A stretch of 64,000 bases of DNA. Origin: Syncephalis fuscata S228 (lineage: Eukaryota > Fungi > Zoopagomycota). A program made the translations under genes and the position numbers. Of the stretch, positions 1 through 12,248 are shown piece after piece (positions within the stretch are counted from its first letter, which is position 1; each line of letters opens with the position of its first letter). Below the pieces are notes generated by a model that saw nothing but the letters and a program-made list of their open reading frames with translations, made no database searches and had not been told where the DNA came from. The DNA lies in the NCBI GenBank assembly GCA_025786725.1, contig JAHLTZ010000011.1, positions 620,001-684,000 of the forward strand, given 5' to 3'.

Positions 1-230
1 TTCTTTGGCTATATATATCCTACCATTCTACATTTTAACATACATCGTTTTCAATATGTGTAAGTAACTATTAATACATTTATTTAATTATGTGTGTATT
101 TTATAATAACAGTGCATCATACAATAAGCTGTAAATGTTTATCACTATTCATATTATTTTAATTAACTCACAACAACATGAAATAAGCTTTATATGATTA
201 ATGTCGTAGCACTAAATTGGATTGACCACA

Positions 231-284
231 ATAATGATTATTTGATTACTGATGTCACTCATCATCCAACTTCATGTTTAATAG
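231..284 (+). repeat. Dispersed repeat copy 1 (inverted partner at 63689-63742)
   Basis: ATAATGATTATTTGATTACTGATGTCACTCATCATCCAACTTCATGTTTAATAG matches the reverse complement of 63689-63742 at 46/54 positions without gaps (hand count). Confidence 0.75.
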
Positions 285-892
285 AGCGAATACGATGGAA
301 TCTGGTCATTCATCACCAAATCACACTAAATAATTACTAAATTGTTTATAAAACAAAACGTATAATAATCATACCAACTTTTATTAAAAGCTTATTATAA
401 ACATAGGTTATGATTGCGTATTTTATAATAAAGTACTAACCTTCAAAACTATTAATATTTATCATGACAATATAATTCCGCAAATAAAATAATACCGTTA
501 TTGTGTAATATAATATATTAGCTAAACCTTTTCTTTACAATGGGCTGCCCACAGGTTCTATATCATATAAATTACTTATTTGAATGTCTAACACAAAGCA
601 ATGTGAAGTCCAATTCACAGTGTAACAACGATGATTAGATGAATCACTGTGACATTTTTATATTTACTATCTTTTATTCATTCACAGCCCAGTCTGACAT
701 TCAAAGTTATTCTGTCATATTGCACTCTGTTCGTTGTTCTGTTGAATATAACTGTAAAGACTCGGCCTATTTGAGATCACATAAGCTTGCACCACTGCCA
801 AACACTTTTAAAAATTGCTGTTAAGTAGTGTAAAGGTACTAGAAGCAATTGCAACACCTGCGCATTTGTTTTATTGCAACTAAGCTATAGAA

Positions 893-3441
893 ATGACAAT
901 ATTCTCTCGACGGGTAAGTACAATGATGTATAATAACGATCAGTATTGCTAAGGTATAGTTATTAGAAAGCGGGGATGTTAAAGTGTTTTGCCAGTGCTG
1001 AGTGCTGTCTAAACGTTTACACCATTTATGAAGGCCGTAATCTTGTTGGCACTCTTTCAAAGAAAAACGGAAATCCGTATTTCCTAGTCCCAGTGAAGGA
1101 GCATGGCGAGAAGAGTATCCGCCGGTACTTGACAACGATTTGAACGGATATCTTGTGGACGATGCCCCTTACCACAACCTCAATTTTCCTAATTTTCCTT
1201 TTCTTTATGCGGAAATAGGCAAGTAATTAGAGCATTGATAGAATGGCAAATAACATTATTTTATAGATATAAAAGATGGTAGATGTTTTATCAAATCATT
1301 ATCGAAATCTCCCGGTATTAGCTGGGAAAAAGATAAGGAAGAACTGGTACCAGGTGTTGTTTATGAGGTTCAGCGCGGCACTGTAATAAGATTTGCCTAT
1401 TTCAATTGTGAATTTATTCATGTGGAAGATGAAGTGGTAAATATAAGGACACTAGCAGATATTGCAGTAAGTTACAATATAATAATATAGGTAATGTTAT
1501 CTGATAGTCGAATTAGCGCACAAGATATACAGATTATGCCACAACCGATGAAAATCAAGACTCTCTTACATCTACATTAATTATTCCATTAACCAATGAT
1601 GTATATGATGGTAATGATGACGGCTATGCAACAGAGACGATTGGTATTCGACCACGTTTAGATAGCAGCCAGACTGATGATAAAGCGGCTTCATATCAGC
1701 CTGAAGAACCACAAGGTTCTATAAATAAAAGGCCCATATCTATGAATGAATGGAAGTTGGAAATAGACGAGAGTCCACTTATGCAACTACCTATCGATAT
1801 TCTATTGTCCAAGCACAAAGATCCATTACCAAAGAAAATACCAATACGCAGAATTGGTAGCCAGAAGTCTTATACAAATACTGGTAATGCATCACAAAAT
1901 AGACTGTCAGATGAAGCATCGCTGGCCTCTACCATGGTCATTGAAGAGTCAAATGAAGGCTCTTCTTTAGAGGGAGAGGGTCTTTTGTGGCTACAACAAT
2001 TTGAATCAAAAGTAGCATCGATGGATGAATATACATCACCTATACTATCTCGTATATCATGCAATGAGAGTCAATCAGGTATGTTGATGCCAAATGATGA
2101 TGGACAATTAGTAGTGATTAATAATGAATTGCAAATGTAAACAGATGATTTAGAAATAGGTACACAGTTAATAGCGAATTTTAGTGATTCACAAGATCAT
2201 GTCACAGCTACTGCTACAAGACCATCTACCAACACGGTTCAGAAATGTATAATGCTTATAATTTATTCTCTTGGCGTAAGTCTAGGGGTTAATAGAGCTG
2301 ATCATATTTCAACTTTCACTCCATGTAAGTTTAATGCCTTGTGTTGTATATAAGCTAATAGAAAATCAGTCGAACATTTCATTAAAGGAAAATAGCGTTA
2401 ATGAAATGGCTGCATCTAACACACTATCTAACAATATGATAAATCGAAACGCCACTTCCAAATCGGCCAGTATACCACCAAAGAATTCTATATTAAATTC
2501 TGGTTTATTAAAAGTATTTAATAATACACATGCTCAGAGAGATGCTGGACATCAGATTTTTCAATGACTCAATGGCCTAATAATACTAGAATGAACCTCG
2601 ATAGAGATAGCCAAGCCGATATAATATTTAATTCGGCACCGACAAGATTACAACAACAGTTATCACAGTACGAACCAAGACAAACGTCAAATGCTGTTAG
2701 TTGAGTTCTGATGAAGATGAAAGAGATGAGCTAGAACTTTGTCGGAAATATCGGAAAGCCATTTCGAGTTTCAAGGGACCGAAGCACCTCCAAGTATGAT
2801 TGCAGTTAATTTGTTGGCAAACAAACGGAAAGCAAAACTAAATCGCTATGTAGAAAAACGCAAGCAAAGTTATACAAAAGAAGTTGATGAATTGCTATCT
2901 GCTGATGAATCTGATAGTGCCACAACGATGTCAGCGCCAATAGACAAAGGCAAGAGTGAGCAAAATGAGGAAAAACAGCAAAAAAAACATAAACGTCGTT
3001 TACATGATCCAGAAATATTACGCAATCTTATATCTAAAGCATCGTTAAATTGTGTAGAGCCCAAATTGGGTAATAGTATATTTAAGAATACGCGTGGTAA
3101 AGGTAAGTGCTAAATAGCTATAAAAAAGTATATAACTATGCATGATTAATTATTGAAACTTATAAATAGGCAATTTGACTCGAAGCACGCCAATATCGTC
3201 TAATCATCGACATGTTAAGCCCGTAGAGACGGCTGCCGATTATGATAGAATTAGCGACGATGAAGAAGATAGCAATGCACCAGGTACTAGTTCATCGGTC
3301 ATACAATCACGATCTCTACGGCCTAATGCCATTCCCTCGTTGACACAATATGCTCGTCGAAAGAAACGGCTTTCATCGCATTCAACTAGACCTGGAGGCC
3401 AATCATCATATCGTTCTACTATTGGTAAACGACGTCTATAA
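893..3441 (+). CDS. Multi-exon protein with N-terminal degenerate FHA-like (MDC1-like) domain and long low-complexity SQ/TQ-containing tail
   Basis: Spliced translation GMLKCFASAECCLNVYTIYEGRNLVGT...YAEIDIKDGRCFIKSLSKSPGISW..LVPGVVYEVQRGTVIRFAYFNCEF resembles the MDC1 FHA. Introns include GC-AG 1219-1266. Probable 1-nt indel near 1065. Downstream ORFs 1742-3441 are on the same strand and separated by intron-like gaps. Confidence 0.55.
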
Positions 3442-3849
3442 CGATAACGGTAACGATATCATGGATAATTAACACATTTATACGTGCTATTTGTTGCATC
3501 TACCTCTCTCTCTTGCTATATTTGATTTAAACAGTGCTTATATTTGTTATGTAAATTATATTATTCGTTATTATAGTTGCGCAGATTCAATTGACTATGT
3601 AATATAATTTATTCTTGTGTAATTATATATCAATTACTTGTATATTTTAATTGCCCCTTATCTTTAAATAGCCAATATAATAATCTCAGGGGGTTGTGTT
3701 TATTTATTTCTATGCATTTATTTATTGTCCTGAATAAGTCACTACTATCGTTAAATAATAAATATCCATTGTTAGTATAGCTATATCATTCTGTCTCTTT
3801 TAATCTATTATTCTTCTACTCAATTCAATTAAAGATTACAAATACAACA

Positions 3850-4064
3850 ATGATACTCAACCAAAGATTTGCTGTTGTCATTGCTACCGTTGTAGCTGGT
3901 TTGGTAATAAGCATCATACAGTAATGGCCCAAGCAACTTTGCCGATTTATTGGCAAACCGTGCGCAAATAACAGCGAATGCGGTCCCACTATGACTTGTT
4001 ATAAAGTGGTCTCTGGCTCAGCAACATCTGTATTCCCAAGTCGATTGATGGCATCATAATTTAA
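3850..4064 (+). CDS. Putative small secreted cysteine-rich peptide (frame-disrupted as assembled)
   Basis: ATG followed by a signal-peptide-like MILNQRFAVVIATVVAGLVIS. In shifted frames it continues CRFIGKPCANNSECGPTMTCYK and NICIPKSIDGIII*. Two to three indel corrections are needed. Confidence 0.4.
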
Positions 4065-5169
4065 AGAAGCATAATTATAATAAATAACTAATGTTTCCCA
4101 CCCATTTGAATAAAGTACAAATGAGTATAATTGTATTACGTTGTTTTAAACTTCATTTCATATTGTAACTAATTATGGTAACTGGTTTCCATTTTAATTA
4201 TAAATATCTATTTATAACGTCCAATAGATTTCAAGTCTCTAATTATTACATTTAGTGTATACAGGTTTATTTTATTGCTGTAACACGCCATAGAGCAGGT
4301 TTATGCAGTTTATATATATAGTTTATAAATTATTTAATTGATTTGGGGGCAAATGGCTACAAGTGATCCACTTATGCATTTGAGCTATATATTAGTTCTA
4401 TTGAAGCTAAAAATTGAATAGTAATTAACTATGCTGCTCTATGTTGTATTGTGATTTATTAATACAAATTGTTCCTTCATTTCATTATTCTTTATAGACC
4501 TATTTACATGGTACGCTTTCTTTATTATCACTACTATAGATGTATACTCAATCCACTTGAATACACACGCATATGAATGTCTATATCATACTTGGATTGT
4601 CAATATCCACCTACCTTGGCTATTCATTTAAGTTTTTATCACTCTATATTTTAGCAAAGTAAAAGTATTTACTTTACTTTTCAACTTACAGCTAATTTTT
4701 AGTGTTAATAGGAAGTAAACCACCCAAAGAGCATCAAGTCAAGTGCACATTCCACTTGAATTAAATCCCCAATAATGACCATACTACAGCTTTATTCAGA
4801 ATACAATCGTTTGTATGATTTTAACATTTTTATTTATGTTTCTTATGTAGTGATATGTCAATATATACTAGTTACTGCTGGGCTGGCTGTATATACAGTC
4901 AATGCATATACCGCGGCACCAGTCAAATAACTATTGGATTTCTTGCTTGAATCGCTTTTAAATTATGTATATTGGTAAAGACGAAACAATCAATAAATAA
5001 TATTTAGATGAAAATTAAAAAAAATAAATGATATAGTATAAAGGTATATGTTTTTTTTGTGTGTAGGTGTTATCTACGTTTGCGGCATGTGCTTTCGGTA
5101 CAAGGTAGCGTTGAAATAGTGCAGGATCATGCAGATTCTACAAAGCTACCAACCAAGGCAGCAAGCAGA

Positions 5170-5480
5170 TCATTGGCGATTGGTGGTGTCTGGAACTATC
5201 GCGGTGCCAGCATTATTTGTATTAAAGCCTTCCCTATTCATGTTTAGACTTGACATAATCACAGCATCATTATCATTCGTATTAGAGTCTTCGCTATTCG
5301 CGTATAAGCTTGGTACAATCGCCGGGGATGGTGGGGATGACTTGGGTGGAGATGCACTTCCGTAGTTGTCTTACACATAGCGCATAAGTGGTCACTCAAT
5401 AGACGGTCAATTTACTTACCTGGATTAACTGCTGTCTCTGCTGTCGTCCATGAGGATTCTAGCACAGAATATGCGTCCAT
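5170..5480 (-). CDS. Small two-exon hypothetical Ser/Pro/Asn-rich protein
   Basis: ATG at 5480, GTAAGT donor near 5419, AAG acceptor near 5372, open frame NYGSASPPKSSPPSPAIVPSLYANSEDSNTND...NRQ*. TATA-like tract near 5567-5580. Confidence 0.3.
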
Positions 5481-5939
5481 AATATGAATAAATGGCTGTA
5501 GAATGAAAAATTGGCTGTAGTGGATTGCGTTGTGGCTTTTATGTTCTTGTGAGTGGGCAGTACCCGTTTATATATAAAAATATTTTCTAATGAGTAAGGG
5601 TATTTAATCATATTTCCCTGGTTGGTTTTATAAAAAAGTATATATGTTGTAATATAGTCTATTATTCATGGTATACATGCACAGGTCAAACATGTGCAAG
5701 TAGTAACACAAAAGAAAACCATTCTGTTTATCAGCTAGTATCGATTTATTGTAGTATATTGCTATATACGAAGCAGCATTATAGCTATAGAACAAGACAA
5801 ACAACATTAAAGAGTACTAAATACATATACACGATTTATAAAGTGACTGTGTTCATATAAAACAACTGATTTAGTAATATGCATAAATATGTTTTTTTAT
5901 TTGTTAAACTGTAGTTTGCAGTTATTAATGCAATGTCTA

Positions 5940-7230
5940 TTAGCTAGAGCCACGAGTGCTATTCCTAGTCTTTTTAAAAATCAAGGCGCGACGTCTTGCT
6001 GCAATGACTTCCTCCGAAGGCGCAACAATCCTTCGCTGCCCTTTCACCTGCTTGTTCGTTTCATCTTTCCGCTTTTGTTTGACTAGTTGTTGTGTTACAT
6101 GCGGCATTTTTAGTACATCTTCCATAGCATCAGTGTCATCGGCACTTCGTTTCCGCTTTTTATCTTCTTCTTCTCCTTCTTCTTCTCCTTCATCTTGATC
6201 CTCAACTGCTGCTGTTGCTTCTGCTGCTAATCGTTTTTTCTCTTCTTTCTTATCCAAGAATTTAGCATCAATTCGTTGATCATCTAACACACGTAAACGT
6301 GGAAACCATGCTCGAATCTAGTGGGTTGTAACAGATATGAGACAATGCTTTTAAGTTTAAATATACATTGTTACCGTTTCCGTATAATTGTCCATCTTCG
6401 CAATTGGATTTCCCTTTAGATTAAGATTATTAAGCCACTTTAGTTTACGAATGGCTTCAATATTACTACATGACTAATTAGTACTATAATTCGATTATAG
6501 AGCAAACACACTTACTCCCAAGATGTGAATAGATTATCGCCCAAATCCAATACTTTAATATTAGCTGGCAGTAACTCGGCATTAATATTACTAATTTTAT
6601 TGCCTGATAAACGTAATTCACGCAATTTAATCAATTGTCGCATATCTGGCACTTCTCGCAGCATATTGTGTGCCGCACTTAATTTTACTAATTCTGGCAA
6701 ACGATCAAGCATAGGCAGACTTTCAATTTGATTATGTGATACCACTAATGGTGTAAAAGCTATGTTAATAGACTATTTTGTAATTACTTTACTATCTACA
6801 CCCGTAACTTACCAAGTGTATTTAATTCTGGTAAATTGACCAGTATATCGACTCGTTTCAACTTATTATGATTAAGCATAAGTGCACGCAATCCATGGCA
6901 GTCATTGATGCATTCAGGCAGTAGCTTGATCTCATTTCGGCTTACATTAAGTACATGTAGCTCTTTTGGCAACCAACTAATCCAATCTAGCTCTGTCAGC
7001 TGATTCCCCTGCAGAACAAGCTGAGTCACACCGATACATTTGCGCAAACCTGATAGTGCATCTGGATGACGGAGTGCATTACCTGTCAGGTCAACTCGTT
7101 TCAAGGCCGGCAATAGGCGAGATAGATCTTCAATATGTGAGATCTCTCGATTGCGCAATGACAAGCACGTCAGACGACTCAACGGCTCATCCGGCAGTAA
7201 ATCAACTAAAGTAGTTGGTGTTAACTTCAT
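5940..7230 (-). CDS. Leucine-rich repeat protein (SDS22-like repeats plus LRRcap) with acidic/basic C-terminal tail
   Basis: Repeated LxxLxLxxNxI motifs in ORFs 6796-7230 and 6512-6745. LRRcap LNLKGNPIA..NY...IRAWFPRLRVLDDQRI. Three GT-AG introns. E/K-rich tail; the extreme C-terminus is uncertain. Confidence 0.8.
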
Positions 7231-8050
7231 CGCAATTACAATGTAACAAAAAAAAGAAATAATTAATTTTATTAATCTAATAATTGTGGTGTCTATAAAA
7301 GGAATGTTACAGTTATTAATGTTACTACAATAACTGTTACTATTATGCCCTGCTTCTTTTATTCAATCTCTTTTTTTCTTCTTTCTTTCTTTCTCTCCTT
7401 TATTCTTTCTTTTTTGTTTTTTCTTTTACAATGCTTGGATCTATTAGTTGATGTTAAAAGGTACGTATCTTTAGTAATTAATGGTTGTTATTGTACTGCA
7501 AATTGGTGTATCACTTTACAAACTTTTGGTGTTGTTACTGTGGTATGTCGAATGGATCTTGTATCTGTTCCTCCTTGTCGAGGATCGTTTGCTATATCAA
7601 AATATGCTGCTGTTTGAGGCGCCAACTCTAGTTTATACAATCTTGCGAGTTGGCGTTATAGGTGTGCCGCAAACATTAATAGTTATTCTACTAAAACATA
7701 TACTAATATATTTTACTATTTAGATCATTTACACAAGTTTGTCCTGTATTGCTTTGTATTTATCATAATTAAAATAAACGTTACAATTAAATCTAATACT
7801 TAATGCTACTGTATAATAATAATAACACATGATAAACAATATATTTATAAATGTTACTATATTAATGATACAATAAAGTGATAGGATCCATCCATGATAT
7901 GTAAATGAATACATGTCATTATATATATTCTTGTATGATCGACACCTTGTATTAAACTACAATACATGACACTGTCTATAATTGATACATATTCTATAGT
8001 ACTGTAGATAATAATTACCTAATGATTATGCCACAATAACGTTATAATAG

Positions 8051-10201
8051 CTACTTGGTAATTCTTGGTCGTTTATAAATACTATTGTTGCTAGATAGTG
8101 CCACTTTTACATAGTTTTCACCTTTCATAGTCGATGATTGTTGATTACTATACAAGTTTTGTATGGTACTTGTAAAGTTTTCCTTGTCATCTTCACAATC
8201 TGATATAAAATCACTATCATATAATAAATCCGATGATAATGGATCAGAAAAGTCCATATTAACATCATTATTAACTAGCATTGGTGAAGATGGTTCTATA
8301 TAAAAATCAAAATCATCATCATTCTTCCATGATATTCTTCTAGAAGCGCTTTATATCAATTAGTATCAATTAGTATATAACATTGATATTCAACACTTAC
8401 CGGCCATTGATCGACCGTAATACAGTTGAATATTGCTCTGATGATATCAATTCTAATATCTTTGACCGAAGCATATCCATGCTACTATAATCCATTTCTG
8501 TCATTGTTCTACCAGTCTTCTTGCTTCTAATACTTTAATTGCTTGTTCATATAAATTCACTGCCAATAGATGATGATTCTCTTGATGAAAATGAGCTCCA
8601 ATTTTAAATATTAATCCTGAATGATTAATTAATATAGCAGCTGTAGTAAGGCTGGTTTGTTGTAAACGCCAAAAATCAGCAACTTTATCAGCTAATGTTG
8701 TGTCGAATTTAACCGCCATTAAACATGGCACCATACAAATCTCTCTTGGTAACAATGGTTGGTTATTATCAAGAATAAGCAAGGTTAAGCTAATCATATC
8801 TTGACGCCAAAGTAAACTATCTTGTTCATCATCGATATTACTATCTATAATAGACTTCTCTTGATTAACCGAATAGGTAGCTATCAATCGAAGTAGAACA
8901 CAGAGTCGATACGGAGTAGTGGCATGTTCCCAACAAGTAGTATCGGACAAGATGGCCGTTATCGCAACCAATGCTAATGGATAAGCACTAGAAAGTGGTA
9001 ACTTTTGACAAAATTCAACTAAAGTTGCACTACAAGCACGCAATGGTGTCAATGTAGCAATGATGACGTCAATAAAAGTGTTTTCTTTCTTAAGAATTGC
9101 TGCCAAACAGTATAACTGTTCCATATCCTCTCGAGATGCAGGAAAATTGTATGTTATACGTGATTTAATAAACGAGAATGCCTTTATATATATATATCAA
9201 TTATTAGATATATTTATATTTATATCAATGTTATTTAATTACCTGTATATCAAGTCGATAACTTAAACATACAATAATTAATGGATCCAAAAATTGTGGT
9301 AGAAAAATGGCATATTGATTACACATTTCTAACATATGTCCCACCAACACATAACTATAGAATAGAATATTAGTAATTATTTAATAATATTAACTATTAT
9401 TATAATTATTGTTTACCTTTTTAAATGATCTGGTACATTTTCATATACATTCTCAATTTCACACCGTATTTCATCTAATATCATTGGTTAGTTGGTTGGT
9501 TATTAGTATATATATATATAATAGTATATATAATAATTCACCTTGTTCGTCTGTATCTTTAACCATAAATTCTAATCGTGAAAGATATTCTCCAATGGAA
9601 AATGCTGATAGAATACTCAATAGTATAATATGACTGCTTTTAAATGACCTATCCGTGCCATTCTGGTTATTATTAAGTGTCAATTCTTTAGATGGTATAT
9701 TGTCCCAAGGTGCAAATGGTTCAGTGCATGACCATTCAGTACGTCTGCCAAAGTGTTTAATCCAAACACCTTTACACCATGTCTTTCGTAGAACATCGAC
9801 GACTGATCACGTAACCGTATAGAATTAGCATGTATATGTTGCAATTCAGCTATGCTCTGTGGTGCTATCGATCGTTGGCTATTAATTTGAGCATAGTTGC
9901 CAATACCATTGTTATTACTACAGTTATTGCCGCGTGATTGTCGTCCATAAGTAGCAATAGTACTGCCACTACTACCATTGCTATTTGATCGCTTCTTTAC
10001 AAATGAAGTATTGTTTAAAGTAGTATATGTGCATTTTTCTGTCAATTCACGTATATTGTCGTTTGAATTCTCCCGAATAATAATGACAGCTGGCTTGAAA
10101 ATACTGAACGAGGCCAGCTTCGCTTTAACCGGTCTTAACATTCGTAGTAGACGCAGTGTATCGACCGTCTCTATAGATCCACATACACTTAGGGAATCCA
10201 T
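8051..10201 (-). CDS. Multi-exon hypothetical protein (helical core, acidic C-terminus)
   Basis: Co-linear minus-strand ORFs 9680-10201, 9471-9683, 8501-9124 and 8051-8281 are linked by short introns and a probable frameshift near 9700. A possible extra 3' exon lies at about 7490-7690. No family recognised. Confidence 0.6.
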
Positions 10202-10527
10202 GACGTATCTCTTTTTACTAATAAAATAAATTGGTATATTAATAAAGATAAAGACAAATAAAAAACAAAGCGAAAATGTTGAGTAAAGACGCGTAAATCA
10301 CTGCCATAACAGATAAACAAACGAAAGACTTGTATCAACTCAGATTTATTTAAATCGATTTCATCTCAGATTCCCAGCTGTCTATCAAATATTAGTGTTG
10401 TAGCGATTCGTCTCGCCTTCACCATCTCTCCTTCAGTCGTTGTTATCGCTCCTATTGCCAATACTATAGCCGCCTATTCCATCCCTATTGTTTGTCAAAA
10501 CTAGCTATAACTATTGGAAGTAGCGCG

Positions 10528-12248
10528 ATGAGTGATAATGCTAAATTGCCGTTTCTACGGCGTAAACGAAGTCTGTTGGTAGTACTACTCCTACTCGGTC
10601 TACTGCTTTGTCAAACATTGCTTGTCGCGGCCTCCGACAAAGACTATTACGCGATACTTGGTGTTGATCGGGACGCGTCAACGGCCCAGATTAAGAAGAG
10701 CTATCGTCGTTTATCGAAGCGCTACCATCCCGACAAGAATTCAGGCGATAAAGCAGCTGAACAAAAGTTTATAGAATTATCCAATGGTAAGCTTATATAT
10801 TTATGGGGAAAGGCTTATTAAATCGATTTACAATACAATAATTGGCAACAACAATCTAGCATATGAAGTACTATCCGATACTGAAAAGCGTCGTCGATAT
10901 GATTTGTATGGTGCTGATGGCGTTGAAGGCAATGGCGGTAATGGTGGTGGCTTTAATTTTCACGACCCATTTGATATTTTCTCCCAGTAAGTCATTATAT
11001 AATTGATTAATTCATCGCTTATGTATGGCTAGATTCTTTGGTGGTGGTCGTGGTGGTGGCAATGATGGTGGTAAGTGTTTTATTACATTTAATAAATAAA
11101 ATGCCAATTATAACTATTTATTAGGCTTTTTCCAAAAATCTGAACGTAAAGGACCCAAAACACTTGTTGGCTTGACGGTCACACTTGAAGAACTATATAC
11201 AGGCACAGACATTGAGGTATTATTATATTGAGTTAGCGTATCTGCTTAAACTTACTATTGCTTTCACTATTAATAGGTTGATGTTGCTCGACAAGAGATC
11301 TGCGGCCACTGTGAAGGCAGTGGTGCACGTAGCAGTGAGCATATCCATAACTGTGAAGCCTGTGGTGGACATGGTGTACGTCTAGTACGTCAAATGCTTG
11401 CGCCTGGCATGTACACTGAAATGCAATCAACGTAAGTACATGGTATATATAGTATACAGTATACTACATCTACTTACATGTATATATACATTTATCTTTT
11501 AGATGTGATGTCTGTGGCGGCAAAGGTACCACTATCAAGGAACACTGTCCTGTTTGCAGCGGTAAAAAGGTGGTTCGTGGCAGTGAACAGATTACAGTTG
11601 CTGTTGAACCTGGTATGCAACATGATGAAGCATTGGTAAGTCTTTAATAGAACATGACGTTTTGCATGTCATTCATTCTGGTCATTCGTCTATACTCATG
11701 TTGGTATATATCCATAGACATTTGAAGGAGAAGGAGATGCGTCATCTGAATATGCAGCAGGCGATGTCGTGTTTGTTATTCGTCAACAGCCTCATGCCAT
11801 ATTTACACGTGATGGCGCCCATTTACATATGGAACGCAACATTACTTTACTAGAAGTAGGCCACATAGACAGTTGCTCGGCATGTTAGCTAACCATTAAT
11901 ACTATACTAGGCATTAACTGGATTTAAACATGAAATAAAACATCTGGATGGTCATGCGGTAGCACTAGAACGCGAGCAGGTCACTCCTTCAGGCAAGTGA
12001 TACCTAAATGATTATTATTGCTTTAATTGACCATTCTTCCAGGCTATACACAAGTCATTTCGGGTCAAGGCATGCCCATTGCATCCTCGGAGGAATACGG
12101 GGATCTTCATATCAAATACAGTGTTATTTATCCGGAAAAGATAGATGAACATCAGAAATCAGGTAGGTGTTGACTAGTACACTATAACAATAATGATAGA
12201 ACGCAACATTAATACAAATATATAGAATTGAAAAAGATTTTGGTATAA
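10528..12248 (+). CDS. SCJ1: ER-luminal type I DnaJ/Hsp40 (Scj1-like)
   Basis: Signal peptide [21 protein letters not shown]-domain KDYYAILGV...YHPDKN. G/F-rich region. CxxCxGxG zinc-finger repeats ([32 protein letters not shown]). About 9 short introns; ends ELKKILV*. Confidence 0.88.

Noticed and set aside
10289-10294. MCB-like ACGCGT in a divergent promoter
   Set aside because: A single hexamer is not distinguishable from chance.
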